A DNA stretch of 64,000 bases from an uncultured Planctomycetota bacterium (GCA_963823665.1 CAWGMQ010000004.1:2528001-2592000); one strand, 5' to 3'. Counted from the first letter of the stretch, positions 35,236 through 46,395 are shown. Notes: generated from the letters alone by a model not told the origin. Made by a program: numbers and translations.

Positions 35236-36764
35236 TGACTCCAGTACTTAGCGTCAACGGGCAGCTTGCGGAAGAGTTCACGCACTTCTGGGGGAAGGTG
35301 TCCGGCGTGAAGGATCTCGGGCACACGCGAGGCCGGAACGATGGTCGCGTTCCAACCGGGGCGCATTGTGGGTGGGTCGAGGCCCAGGTCAGAGCCGAAC
35401 TCGGCGGTTGGCCCGGACCAGTTGAGCGTATCGAACCCGACGACGGGCTGGCGGCCGAAACCACCGGTTGAATGAGGGTTCGCGTTATAGACCATTGCCT
35501 GCGCGAGGGCGACGACCGGCCGCCGCGGGCCGAAGAGAGCCGGCGACGAATACCGCGGCGCGGGGCCGGAGGCGATGGCGATCAGGCCGAAAAGCATGTC
35601 GGCGCGCCGGGAGCCGACGGGAGTCGTCCAGAACTCCGATCCTTTCCAGCCGGGCGCCGACTCGCGAAGAACGTAGAGACCTTGTCCGGAGCGCAGGGAC
35701 TCGTCAGCGCGGGAGAGCAAGAGTGCGTTCGACCAACCCTTGTAGCGGCCGGCGGCGCCGGAGAGGGTGGCGCTTAACATGAGCATGGTGTGGACCGGCC
35801 GGCGCCACGAGTCGACCCAGGGATAGGCCGCACGGGTGTACTGCTTGGTACGGACAGGCCGGAGGTCAGCGTCGGGGATCAGATCGGCGCTGGGATTGGC
35901 GAACGTCCCGGGCGAGCCCGGGTAGGTTCCGGCGCTGCCGCGCTCGGGAAACTCGCGCACAACAGGCAGGCGCGGATGTTCGGGCACGATGGTGGCGACC
36001 CAGCCGTTTGCCGATGCGGTGTCGCGTGCGGCGGCGACGGCTGCCGGCCCCGCGGCATGGACAAGGCGTTCGGCGTGCAGGGCCACCACGGGCAAGAGCG
36101 CGCGATAGCCTTCGACGACGGTCGCATGTGCAACCGCAGCGGCTTCCCAGACGTCGAGCGCGTAGGATTCTTGCACGACCTTGTAAGCGATGCCGTATGC
36201 GATCGCGTACAATACCGGCGCGTAGGCGGAAAAGAAGACGCTGGCCGCCGCGGCCTTTCCCAGGGACATGTAGCCGTGCGCGACCAAGCCCCATTCGCGC
36301 AGGGCGACCCGGGCGTCATAGATGGTGGCGCCAGCGCGCACGGGCTCGGTGAGCTTGTTGGTCATGAACGACAGCTCGTAATTGAACGCTCCGGTGGTCC
36401 GGAGCGCGATCTCGAGTGAAGTCAGCAGCCAGGTGTCGACGCGCTCGCGGCGGGCGATATTGGGGCCGCCAACCGCATCGTGAAGCGCGATGAGCGCGGC
36501 GAGCTGCCCGCTCGCGTGGTTGTCGCCAACGATCCCGTTCAGAGCGCGTGTTTCTGTCTGGGCGGCGGCGATGGCCGCCGCATCGGCGGCGTTCTGCGCT
36601 TCAACCTTGGCACGGGACGAGCGGTGCACGTTGATTGCGGCGGCGAGCAGCGCAACGAGCACGATCACGACCATTCCATGAAGGGGCGCGATGGCGCCGG
36701 ATTCGTCACGGAGAAGCGTGCGTCTCGATCGGGCACACAACAGCATATTAGAATCGTGGAACAT
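35232..36764 (-). CDS. TadG-like pseudopilin/adhesin
   Basis: DESG/AIA + TM + AQNAADAAAIAAA Tad motif. Confidence 0.8.
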   Translation of the reverse strand: MFHDSNMLLCARSRRTLLRDESGAIAPLHGMVVIVLVALLAAAINVHRSSRAKVEAQNAADAAAIAAAQTETRALNGIVGDNHASGQLAALIALHDAVGGPNIARRERVDTWLLTSLEIALRTTGAFNYELSFMTNKLTEPVRAGATIYDARVALREWGLVAHGYMSLGKAAAASVFFSAYAPVLYAIAYGIAYKVVQESYALDVWEAAAVAHATVVEGYRALLPVVALHAERLVHAAGPAAVAAARDTASANGWVATIVPEHPRLPVVREFPERGSAGTYPGSPGTFANPSADLIPDADLRPVRTKQYTRAAYPWVDSWRRPVHTMLMLSATLSGAAGRYKGWSNALLLSRADESLRSGQGLYVLRESAPGWKGSEFWTTPVGSRRADMLFGLIAIASGPAPRYSSPALFGPRRPVVALAQAMVYNANPHSTGGFGRQPVVGFDTLNWSGPTAEFGSDLGLDPPTMRPGWNATIVPASRVPEILHAGHLPPEVRELFRKLPVDAKYWSH

Positions 36765-37422
36765 AATTGATTCCCAGGCCATGTTCGGGGAGGGCTGTCG
36801 GCACGGTTGCTTCGGCGTGGATTTCGTAGACCCACGGGTTGGGCGCCCAGGAGGCGCGGTGGCCGATTGCCCTACCCAGGAGTGCGATGCGGACGGGATA
36901 CCGGAAGGTGACGGCCGCATGGGTGCCGCGACCGGCGCGGTGGGTGGCGACGGAGGTGGCGGACCTTGCATAGTCGGTACGTGCGGCGATGTAGCGCGGC
37001 GGATATGGCCAGGCAGCCGCCAGGTCAGATGCGGACTGCTGGGCGGCAGCGCTCGAGGGACCGGCGTGATGCGCGGAGTCTGCGCTCGAGAACGGGACCA
37101 GAGCCAGCACGGCGGCGCGCTCGGCAGCCCGGTGGGCCAGGAGCGGCGTGGCGGCGTTCCAGGCGCCGGCGGAACGTGCAGCGGCAAAGGCCGCGTAGGA
37201 CGTGCCGCATTTCGCCAGAATCACCAGGCTCGACTCGATGAAAATGGCGATGAGAAGCATATAGAGAGGCAGCGCCATGGTGAATTCGATGGCGGCTGTG
37301 CCTTGCTCATCGTGGCGCAGCGCACGCCAGCGAGCCGTTCTGGCGAACAGGCCCCGCGCTTGCCGGACCACCCAGGCGCCCGAGCCGACCCAAGCTGCCA
37401 GCCAGAAGCTTACCGCAACCAT
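36748..37422 (-). CDS. TadE family pseudopilin
   Basis: DEQG/TAAIEFTMALP...YAAFAAARSA. Confidence 0.82.
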   Translation of the reverse strand: MVAVSFWLAAWVGSGAWVVRQARGLFARTARWRALRHDEQGTAAIEFTMALPLYMLLIAIFIESSLVILAKCGTSYAAFAAARSAGAWNAATPLLAHRAAERAAVLALVPFSSADSAHHAGPSSAAAQQSASDLAAAWPYPPRYIAARTDYARSATSVATHRAGRGTHAAVTFRYPVRIALLGRAIGHRASWAPNPWVYEIHAEATVPTALPEHGLGINYVPRF

Positions 37423-37499
37423 GGTTTCCTCGCGGTGATGATGCAGCCGTTGGTTCCGACTGACGCCGAACGTACGCGGGCCGCGCCCGAAGACGGCTT

Positions 37500-37667
37500 T
37501 CAGAGAAGCGGGCTGGTCGTGGCCTCGATGATAAATCGCTCGACGACCGAAAGGGCTTTCAATGCCAGCGCGATCAAACCGGCGGCGAGCGGGAGGACTG
37601 CGCCGAGCAACATGACTTGTTCGAAGGCGACGGCACCGCGCCGCCGCGGCTTACCACTGGGCCGCAT
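37500..37667 (-). CDS. small Flp-like minor pilin
   Basis: MRPSGKPRRRG/AVAFEQVMLLGAVLPLAAGLIAL, 55 aa. Confidence 0.65.
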   Translation of the reverse strand: MRPSGKPRRRGAVAFEQVMLLGAVLPLAAGLIALALKALSVVERFIIEATTSPLL

Positions 37668-38343
37668 TCGATACTCCATCAACGAAGATCGACACGAGTG
37701 TTCCAAGCGCCAGGAAAGGCCCGAGCGGAATGGCGGTACGAGGCGCCGGCGCATCTGCGCTTGTGCTTCGGTCGAGTTGTGGCGCGGCGAGCGGGACGGT
37801 TCCTGGTTGGCGATACATTGAAACCGCGAGCCTGCCGTAGCGCAGTGCGAGCGTGAACACGCCGGCGGCGAGCAGGCTCCAGAGCAAGGCATTGACCCCG
37901 GCCCACGGGCCGAGCAGGCCGCCGATGGCGGTTGCCAGCTTGACGTCGCCGCCGCCGCATGCCTTGAGCTCGTACATGAGCACGAATGCAAAAAAGGCCA
38001 GCGCGGAGCCGAAAAGCCAGCCGGTGAAGCCGACCGCGCCGAGAGCATGACGCACTTCGGGGGGCGAAACGGCACACATGGCATTGGTAAGCGCGCCGAA
38101 GGCGACAGCCGGAAGCGTGACCTGATTGAGTATCACGAAGCGCCTGAGATCGCTTTCAGCCGAGATGCCCAGCACGCAAAGGAGGACGAAGCCCGTCGTG
38201 GTCGGCAGCGGCGCGGGCATTCCTGCCCACGCCGCCGCGGCGAACCAGCAGGGCGCTATCGCCAGCAACAAGACTGCCGCGGCCCAGCCGCCTGGCAGCC
38301 CGGACGCGTCTGTAGAAGCCGAGCGTTCGCCGTTATTCGACAT
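37651..38343 (-). CDS. A24 prepilin peptidase (TadV/CpaA)
   Basis: SDLRRFVILN and GGGDVKL catalytic Asp motifs, IPLGPFL, multiple TMs. Confidence 0.9.
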   Translation of the reverse strand: MSNNGERSASTDASGLPGGWAAAVLLLAIAPCWFAAAAWAGMPAPLPTTTGFVLLCVLGISAESDLRRFVILNQVTLPAVAFGALTNAMCAVSPPEVRHALGAVGFTGWLFGSALAFFAFVLMYELKACGGGDVKLATAIGGLLGPWAGVNALLWSLLAAGVFTLALRYGRLAVSMYRQPGTVPLAAPQLDRSTSADAPAPRTAIPLGPFLALGTLVSIFVDGVSNAAQW

Positions 38344-38350
38344 GACAGCC

Positions 38351-38542
38351 TCAGTAAGGTTTCCAGTGGATCAGGACGTCGATTCCGTCGATGACGTACT
38401 TCTGGATCTTTGGAAAAGCGACCGTGACGGCGAACCCCATCACGGCCGCGGCGATGCCGAGCCATGCGATTTGCTCGAACGCCACGCCGCGCTCGTCGGC
38501 ATGCAGTCGTTTCAGCCAGGTCAAGAAATTGGTTGTGCGCAT
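38351..38542 (-). CDS. flp: Flp family pilin
   Basis: MRTTNFLTWLKRLHADERG/VAFEQIAWLGIAAAVMGFAV, 63 aa, directly upstream of the A24 peptidase. Confidence 0.75.
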   Translation of the reverse strand: MRTTNFLTWLKRLHADERGVAFEQIAWLGIAAAVMGFAVTVAFPKIQKYVIDGIDVLIHWKPY

Positions 38543-38782
38543 CGATTTTCCTCGATTCTTGCTCATGTTGAAGAAAGTGAATGAACCGGTCAGGAACGCG
38601 ACAGAGCCGAAGCCGTTCGCCCCGACAAGCTCCTGAACGTTGCGCGTGGTTTTTTGTTTCACCGCGGCGTCCGAGAGTGGGCAAATTGGCCGTGCGGGCT
38701 TGCAGGAACAGCGGGCGCGGCGCGAGCTGGAAAACGGACGAGCGTGCGCCGAACCCGCGATCGTCTTGCTCGAGCGCCTGGA

Positions 38783-41467
38783 TCAGTAGCCCCCGCGCTG
38801 CAAGTCGCCTGCGATCGACTTGCCGCCGGCGACGCGGACGGAGAGACAGGTGCAGGCAGCCAGGACGATGGCCGACCAAGCGAACACAGCGATGATGCCG
38901 GCGAGCGGCTGGCCCTGGCATGATGCAAAGACCTTGGCGGCGGCGGCCCCGGGGGCGGAGGGAGCGATCTGGCGTGCGACGAAGTTGTTACCGGCCCAGG
39001 CTGCGGCGCGAGCCAGCGCCAGGCCGAGGGCGCAGGCGGGAAGCACGAGAAGCGCAAGCTGGGCGAGGAAGAGGCGCCCGGCCGCGCGGGTGGGCATGCC
39101 GAGAACGCGCAACGAGGCAGTCTCGGCGGTCTTGGCGGCGGCGTGCAGGTAGGCCAGCATGCCGACGACGAACAGGAGCGCCATCACGAAGGCGCCCTCG
39201 AGCAGGATTCCGCCGCCGTCGACGATGAATCGCACGGCGCGGAACTGCTCGATCGCTTCGCGGTAGCGCACGTAGAAGCCGAGGTCAGGGCAGATCTGGC
39301 GCGCCACTCCCTCGGCCGGTAGCACGTCGCCCAGGTTGTGGAAGACCAATTCGGCTCGGGTGTATTCGCCTGGTGGCAGCGGCGGCAGGACGGGGGCCAG
39401 CGCCGAGCTGGGAACGGTCTGAAACGCGAGCAGCTCGCCATCGCCGGCGTGGATTTTCTTCATTTCGGTGACGAGATCGGCGAGCACGGCGCGTGCCATT
39501 GATTCAGTCATGAGGTGATCGGCTCGATTGGCGGGATCAAGCTTCAGAACGAGCTCCGAGCCGTCTTCAAATGTGCGCACGGGAGCGAACGGCGCGCTGG
39601 CGAGCCGGGGGATGCGGTTGTCTTTCAGCCACTCCGACGTCGCGCCGGGGATTGTGGCGCGGATTTCGGTGACAATGGGCACGTCGTCGGCCAAGGGGAT
39701 GCCGCCCTGCCCGCGCAAGACAAATCCCCAGCCGGTTTGCCATGAGGTAAGGCGCCTGAGGAAGCCGTCACTGGCCAGGAGCTTGTTCGGGTCGTCCTTC
39801 CAATCGCTGCGCAGGACGGAGTCAGGAAAGTCGACGACGACGGCCGGGACGCTAACAATTCCGCGCCAGCCTTTCATGCGAGGATCATCTTCCTGCACGG
39901 ATTCGGGGATGGGCACGCCGCCCAAGGATAGCTCGATCGAGGTTGGATACTTACCGTCCGGCTGGTCGGGGCCGATCCGCCAGTAGTACTTCCGCAGCCA
40001 GCGCAGGGGGACGAACAGCACCGGCTGGTCGACGGCGGCGGCAGGCTGGGGCGCCGGATTGGACGTGAGATAGATCATGCCGCGCGGCGCCTGCGCACGC
40101 TCACCGGGCGAAACGACGGCGAAGTGGGGATCACCGGGCTGGTACGAAACGAGCGTGGTTTTGCGGGTGCGGCCCGCGGCGTCGTGAAACTCGACGCTGG
40201 AACGTTCCATGATGAGGCTCAAGCTATCCAAGCCCGCGAGCTTGTGCTTGAGCTGATGGATTTCGTCCGGGGTGATCACTGGCCGCTCGCGGCCGGGGCG
40301 GCTGGCGAAGGCGTCGATACGATTGATCTGGGGATTGTGGGGCGGTGTTTTGCGATCGAGGTTGGCGCGTACGCCCTGAGCGAGGTCGCGAAGCGAAGCG
40401 AAGCATGCGACGGCAAGGGCGACGAGAGCGAGGACCGCCAAGCGGGCCGTGCGGCGTTCGGGCGCCATGTTCTCGCGGACGGCATAGCGGCAGATTGTGG
40501 CGAGCCTGGGGACAACGCGCCTGGGCAAGGCCCCGCCCGACGGGGGAGCCGGGGGCTCTTTTGCGAGCGGGATGGCGGTGCGGCCGTAGACGGAGAGCGC
40601 AGCGGCCAGATTGTCGGCGAGCGTGCGGACTTCGGCGCGCGAGCGCTCGCAGCCATTGACCGGGGGTAAGATCGGGCGCGGTGTGCCGTCGGGCCAGGGA
40701 TCGAGGCAGTTGGGGTCGTCGCGGTCCTGGAACGGAAATACCAGCGGTGCGGGGCCGTTGCCGCCCTGTGCGACGGTCAGCCAGAAGCGGTCGGCGACCG
40801 CCGCCGCGAGGTGAAGGTCATGGCAGGAGAAGATCACGAGCGCGCCCTGGCGTGCATAAGCGCGCGCCATTGCCAGGAGATCCGGGGCAGTGCGGGCATC
40901 GACCTGCGAGGTTGATTCGTCAAGAATGACGACGATGGGGCCGCCGTAGAGCGCACGCGCGAGCAACGCGCGCCCGACCTGGCCACCGCTCGAGACGCCG
41001 GGGTACTGATTGACGGCTTCTCGCAAGCCGACGCGCTCGAGGAGGAGGTCGACGCTGCCTGCGTCCCAGCCGCCGAGAGCCGTGCGGAGCGCGGCATTTT
41101 CGCGAAGCGTGAGGCTCGAGAGCAGCCCCGGAAGCTGCGGCCCGAAACCAATGTGGCGGTTGCGGAAGTCGCCGCAGAGCTTGGAGTCGCCGGCGAGTCC
41201 GTGCCCGCGCGCGCCGAATTCGTAAGGCTTGAGCTCATGCCCGTCGGGGACGAAGTAGCTGATCGTTCCATCGACGGGCGCGTGCATCGTGGCGAGCGTA
41301 TAAAGCAGCGTTGACTTACCGGTGGCATTGCCGCCGATCAACGCGATGATCTCTCCTGACCGACCGCTGATCGCGGGCACCTCCAGTCGAAAGCCCTGTG
41401 ACCCGAGGCCGACGATCAAGCCGTTGGTGGAAAGGACGGTTTCACCACACAATGGTTGCTTGCTCAT
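38783..41467 (-). CDS. fused ABC ATPase + FtsX/MacB-type permease
   Basis: Walker A GGNATGKST, SGGQ signature, VILDEST, CHD; one TM, large periplasmic loop, three C-terminal TMs. Confidence 0.85.
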   Translation of the reverse strand: MSKQPLCGETVLSTNGLIVGLGSQGFRLEVPAISGRSGEIIALIGGNATGKSTLLYTLATMHAPVDGTISYFVPDGHELKPYEFGARGHGLAGDSKLCGDFRNRHIGFGPQLPGLLSSLTLRENAALRTALGGWDAGSVDLLLERVGLREAVNQYPGVSSGGQVGRALLARALYGGPIVVILDESTSQVDARTAPDLLAMARAYARQGALVIFSCHDLHLAAAVADRFWLTVAQGGNGPAPLVFPFQDRDDPNCLDPWPDGTPRPILPPVNGCERSRAEVRTLADNLAAALSVYGRTAIPLAKEPPAPPSGGALPRRVVPRLATICRYAVRENMAPERRTARLAVLALVALAVACFASLRDLAQGVRANLDRKTPPHNPQINRIDAFASRPGRERPVITPDEIHQLKHKLAGLDSLSLIMERSSVEFHDAAGRTRKTTLVSYQPGDPHFAVVSPGERAQAPRGMIYLTSNPAPQPAAAVDQPVLFVPLRWLRKYYWRIGPDQPDGKYPTSIELSLGGVPIPESVQEDDPRMKGWRGIVSVPAVVVDFPDSVLRSDWKDDPNKLLASDGFLRRLTSWQTGWGFVLRGQGGIPLADDVPIVTEIRATIPGATSEWLKDNRIPRLASAPFAPVRTFEDGSELVLKLDPANRADHLMTESMARAVLADLVTEMKKIHAGDGELLAFQTVPSSALAPVLPPLPPGEYTRAELVFHNLGDVLPAEGVARQICPDLGFYVRYREAIEQFRAVRFIVDGGGILLEGAFVMALLFVVGMLAYLHAAAKTAETASLRVLGMPTRAAGRLFLAQLALLVLPACALGLALARAAAWAGNNFVARQIAPSAPGAAAAKVFASCQGQPLAGIIAVFAWSAIVLAACTCLSVRVAGGKSIAGDLQRGGY

Positions 41468-41634
41468 GTTGATTTCCTTTCATTCTGTTCAAGAAATGGG
41501 CCGGGAGCCCCTGCTCAGAAGCCCCCGGCGCCGTTATCGAGCTAGTACGGATCCACGATGGGATGAATTTCTCGAGTCCGCGGCGCTGCCGCGTGCGAGG
41601 GCACGTTGCGGCAGCAGCAGCGGAGGGTGAGAGG

Positions 41635-44262
41635 TCAGGGCAAGTCTTCGGGTTTGAGCGAGAGGTGCAGCTCGCTCGAGACCGGGTTGGCCACGACCGG
41701 GGTGCGCTCGAGGACGATCTTTTCCAGCCGGGCGGCGCGCTCCTCGAGCGTTTCGGCGAGGTTGTAGGTATCGGCGCGGGAGATCGTCCGCTTGACGCTG
41801 GACAAGCAGGCGAGGCGAATTGGCAGCTTGGAGAGTGCCGCTTCAATCTCGTCGATCGACGGGTCGTCGGGCAGATCCGTGATCGGATCGACCGAACGGG
41901 CACCGTCGGCCGCGGCGCGATCGGGCGTATCTCCGCCTGCGACCGTTTCAACGGTCGTTGCGAGCGGTTTCGGTCCCGCGGCCGGCGGGCGCTTTCGCTT
42001 CTCTCCCAGCACAGTTTTCAGGCACTGGATGATCAGCTTGTGGTAGGCCTCGGTGCCGGAATCGAGGTCGGCGGCGGCGGCGAGTGACTCCTTGAGCACG
42101 CCCCCCAGCTCGCGGCAAGTGAACGAGAGCCGCAAGACCTCGTTCTTGGTCAGAAGCACGCGCGGCAGCCAGCGCGGGCCGTGGTCGCCGGCGACGGTGG
42201 CCTGGGTGAACAGGAAGCTGAAGACGGTGTTGCCCATCCGCTTCTGCATTTCCTTGAGCACGTGCGGGGGGATGATTTCCTCGTAGCGATCGCGGCCGGC
42301 GCGGGTGTCGAAATCGAGCACGGGGGTGCCATCCTCGGTGCGGGTGTACAAGGAGGCGAACCCCGCGCGTTCCTTGGTGGCTCGTTCGCGGCGCTCTTCG
42401 ATGATCGTTTCGAGCTCGCCGGCGAGCTTGCGGGGGACCTCGCCGGCTGCGTCTCCGAACAAGTCCATGGTGGTCGAGATGCCGCGGGAGCCAGCGGAGA
42501 GGCCTGACATCTGCGAATCCCAGAGCGGGTCGGTGCGATCTCTAAAGCGTGCGAAAATCGTATTGAGCATGACGCGCGGAAACTGTCCACCGTCGTCCGT
42601 GCCCTCCAAGAGAGCCTTGACCGCCGCGGCGTCGAGCTCGGTGCATTTCTGCTGCGCGTAATCCGTGTCATTCTTGTAGTGCGGCCGAACGTCGGAGATC
42701 ACGATTCCGATCGTGGCCGCACCCGGGGTGTGGTAGGAATCACCGGTCTTGCGGAAGTACTTCTCGGTCATGTGCCGGATCGCCTCGTAGGCTTGCTCGG
42801 GTCCGTCACCGCCGCCGGAGCAGCGCGTGGCTGCTTCGGCCATGTAGGTGCGGAACCGGCTCAAGCCAAGCGAGGTCGAGATGTCGAAGAAACCGTCAGA
42901 ATCCTCGATCATCTTGTCGTGATCGGATCGGTCGCGGAACAGGATCACGCCGATCTTGAGTCGGATCTGATCGAGCTCGGACCGGGTGCGTTCGGATTCG
43001 GCGAGCTTGCCTGCGTATCGATCGACGGCATCAATGACGCGAGGGTAGATCGCATGCATGCTGCCGGTTGCGTCGATTGCGAAGACGAGCTCAATCGTTC
43101 TGGTTTGCAAGGTTGCCTTGAGGAGGCGGTCGCGATCGCGCCTGGCCTCTTCGTTGACCAAGTCCTCGACGACCACCGAGCCTCCGTCGTGCAGACGGGC
43201 GGGCACGGCGAGGTGGTAGGCCTCGAGCTTCTGGTCACCGACGACGATCGAGCGCGTGGCCAGGATGAGAAAGCCGATGGCGTTATCGGCGAGGGGAAGC
43301 GGCGCCTTGCCGTCCTTGAGTGTGGTTTCGCGGAAGATGGTGGCCACCGTTTTGCCTTCGGCATCGACCGGCTCGCCGCCAGCGGCGGCGGCAACTTGCG
43401 CAGACGAGCCGAACATCTCGATCGGTTTGCCGGCGGCCATGCGAGCGAGATAGGCTTCCCTGGCGTAGTTGGGGATGACGCTCATGCGAGTCGGCACGGG
43501 GGCGATCAACTCGATCGGCACGATGCCGGCGAGCTTGCGGCGGAAGTGGTCATTGCCCGGGTCGTACAGGACGAACTCGCTATCGTTCGAGAGCACGGCG
43601 AACGCGTTGTGGCCGCGAACGATGAATTTGACAATGTAATAAAAGCCGAATCGCGCGATCGGGTTGCCGTCGTCGGGCCCGGCGGCGGCGGCCTGCTTGT
43701 CGAACGACTCGAGTGGGACGGGCGTGTAGAAGGCAAAATAGCCGCGAGTGGGATCGGTGAGCGCCTTGAGAGGGATGTCGGCCTGGCGGTTTCCCTCCTT
43801 CACCGCGGGGAGCACTTTGTCAATCCAGGCGCGCTCGGGACTTCCCTTGGGCCAATGAGCATAGAAATACTTGCGACCGTGGTTGGCCGTCTCCGGCCGA
43901 GGGTTGTCTTGCACCCAGTCGGCCTCGACCCAGCCGAAGAGCTTGCGAAATTCGAGGGTCTTGTGGTCGAACTCGGCGACAAGAAGCCGATTCGGGACTT
44001 CGTTCCGGGCGAGGATCCACACCACCTTGCCGGCCTTGAGCGGAGGATCGGCACTGACAAGCCGGTCGGCGGCAGGACCGGCGTAAATCGGCAGGTTATC
44101 GGCGAGGATCAAGCCCAGCCAATACTTGCCCTTCACGTTGGGATGGGTCTTGACGGTGTAGGGAGGCTTCAGATCGCCGGGCGTCTCGATGTCCGAGTCG
44201 GCGACAGCGTGCGCCGAGCCGGCCAAGACAGCGATCGCGAGAGCGAAATTGCGAAGATTCAT
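41635..44262 (-). CDS. exported vWA-domain protein
   Basis: Signal peptide MNLRNFALAIAVLAGSAHA; MIDAS VFAIDATGSM, GGGDGPE, IVISD. Confidence 0.85.
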   Translation of the reverse strand: MNLRNFALAIAVLAGSAHAVADSDIETPGDLKPPYTVKTHPNVKGKYWLGLILADNLPIYAGPAADRLVSADPPLKAGKVVWILARNEVPNRLLVAEFDHKTLEFRKLFGWVEADWVQDNPRPETANHGRKYFYAHWPKGSPERAWIDKVLPAVKEGNRQADIPLKALTDPTRGYFAFYTPVPLESFDKQAAAAGPDDGNPIARFGFYYIVKFIVRGHNAFAVLSNDSEFVLYDPGNDHFRRKLAGIVPIELIAPVPTRMSVIPNYAREAYLARMAAGKPIEMFGSSAQVAAAAGGEPVDAEGKTVATIFRETTLKDGKAPLPLADNAIGFLILATRSIVVGDQKLEAYHLAVPARLHDGGSVVVEDLVNEEARRDRDRLLKATLQTRTIELVFAIDATGSMHAIYPRVIDAVDRYAGKLAESERTRSELDQIRLKIGVILFRDRSDHDKMIEDSDGFFDISTSLGLSRFRTYMAEAATRCSGGGDGPEQAYEAIRHMTEKYFRKTGDSYHTPGAATIGIVISDVRPHYKNDTDYAQQKCTELDAAAVKALLEGTDDGGQFPRVMLNTIFARFRDRTDPLWDSQMSGLSAGSRGISTTMDLFGDAAGEVPRKLAGELETIIEERRERATKERAGFASLYTRTEDGTPVLDFDTRAGRDRYEEIIPPHVLKEMQKRMGNTVFSFLFTQATVAGDHGPRWLPRVLLTKNEVLRLSFTCRELGGVLKESLAAAADLDSGTEAYHKLIIQCLKTVLGEKRKRPPAAGPKPLATTVETVAGGDTPDRAAADGARSVDPITDLPDDPSIDEIEAALSKLPIRLACLSSVKRTISRADTYNLAETLEERAARLEKIVLERTPVVANPVSSELHLSLKPEDLP

Positions 44263-46395
44263 GGGAGCTCCTGTGCGTTAAGGGACCGGGAAACACGGGT
44301 TCGGGGAAGTACGCCAGCCGCCGAGAGCGGCTTCACGCCCGCGGACTGAAGCACCTGTTCGGCCTGGATGCGAGCGCCAGCGATGATGTCAACGTCGTCC
44401 GCGGTATCGAGACGGTGGGGTTTGACGTAGCGCCGAGCGAGCTCGGCGTCTTTGATGTAATGCGGCGGGCCCACGACAACCGTTCCCAGCTTAATCTCCG
44501 CCGGCAACTGCTTGAGCGTGACGTCGAGCCAATGTGAGTTGCGGGAGGGGTCGTCGGTGCGAGGGCCGTACGGAGTGACCACGATGACGACCAGGCGGTC
44601 GGCGAGGTCGCCGGCACCCGGCGTCCGGAAGATGTTGTGCAGTGTGGCCGCGAGACCGACCGGAGCGATGGCATCATCCTGCACACGTGCGAAGGGGATT
44701 TCGCCCTTCGCGTTGAGCAGCTCGGCGCGGCCGGTTGGAGGCCAATCGCCCGCGCCGGGGCTAACCCGAGTGAATGTGAGCAAATCGTAGTGCGTGCGCC
44801 GTGCGCCCTCGACGAGATTGCGAACGACGTCGGTCTGCGCCTGCCGGATTCGGTCTTCCGTCTCGGCGCTTTCGGCCGACACTCGCCCTGGATCGTTGAT
44901 GACGAGGATGAGTGGCGGCACGTCGTTCCCAAGCACATACGAGCGCGCCGTGGATTTTTTTGCATCCGGCTGGGTTTCCGCGGCCTGGGCATCGAGGCGC
45001 TCGGCGGCGGCCCGGGCGTCGAGGCGCGGAGAATCGACCGACGGAAAGAGGAGTGGGCGCCGGTGTGACGACCGGATCTCGAGGTCGCTTCCGGCCACCA
45101 TTTCCCAGGTAAATCCCTCGGGAAGGCGGAGCCGGTTCGTGTTCGGCTCGTAGGCGAGGATTACGGGCTCAGCGGAGCCGGGGGTCGTGAGCCTGAAAAT
45201 GCTGCCGGCGGGCAGCCCACCACGCGGAGGCACGAGGTCCCAGCCGACGACGGCAGGAGAGAGCTTGATGTTGCCGGACCAGAGCGCCTCGTTGTTGATA
45301 GGCCAGTCGATCGGGGCAAAAGCGGGGCCGAGCGAGATCCGCACCCTTTCGGGCGTGCGATCCCAGGCAACCGAGCCCGGCGCAGCGGAGAGCTTCGCAT
45401 TCTCAAACGAAGCCGTGGTGACTTGCACAAATGCACCCTTTTTACCTGCGTCGATAAGAACGGATGGATCGCGCGGCCATCTTTTCACGCCTTTCGGCAG
45501 CGTGAGGTCAACATGCAACGACGTTGCCGTGACCTTGGCGATGAGCTCGACGGGCTTCCCGGAGGCAACGTTGAGCGACTGACCACTCACGAGCGCCGGA
45601 CTTGCCTGGAAGAACCGCTCGAGGCTCTGGTCGAGCGCCGGCGTGAGCGAAAGACCGGCGGCGGGGTCTCGGGGGCTCTGCACGCGCGCTGGGCTCGAGG
45701 CTCTGGCCCAGGGCGGCAACCAGAATGGCGGCAAGGGAAATTGAGCGGCCCTTGGAGCTTGTGATGAGCTTGTGCGGGCCGGCCGTGGCGCTCACTTTCT
45801 GAACTTCCAGCGCACGTCCAAGCCCGGCGACTTCGGCCTTGACGTTGAGCATGATGGGCTCGAAACGGCCGCGTGGCAACTTGGGCACGATGCGCCGGTC
45901 AACGATCTCGAATGGCACCGCGTGGTATCCGGGAACGCGTAGCTGGTCTCCGGCGACCGAGGCGTACGGTGCCAGTGTGGGATCGACGCCGAGCTTCGCG
46001 AGGTCATCGGCAGACGGTAACTGGGGCGTGCGCTTCGGGAGCTGGATCAGGAGGCGAGCAGAAGCGTTCAGGTCGAGCACAAAGGTTTGAACGCCATCCG
46101 GCTGACGTATCGTGAAGGTGAGCCGGGGGTCTGCACCGGACAAATCCAACGCACGGACACGTACGAAGATCGCGCCGTTTGTTTTGTCGCAGAGGCAGTC
46201 GGACGGTTGAAGCTTCGTGGTGTAGGATCCCGACCACCACTTGGCGGTGTAGTCGGGCAGGTCGACTTGCGTTTCCTCGGTCGCGTTTTCGAGGCGGATC
46301 GTGATCCAGGGCCCGTTGGGCTCATCGGCCGCGGCGGCGAGCGGGGTCATGAGAAACAGGAGCGGGACCAGGATTCGGGAAGAATAGATGCGCAT
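44259..46395 (-). CDS. exported hypothetical protein (frameshift ~45735)
   Basis: Signal peptide MRIYSSRILVPLLFLMTPLAAAA; start and stop overlap neighbours (coupling). Confidence 0.6.

Noticed and set aside
41540..41555. Minus-strand GG-N10-GC upstream of the ABC gene (TGGATCCGTACTAGCT)
   Set aside because: Poor -24 match and no CCGGAA-N3-TTCCGG palindrome upstream
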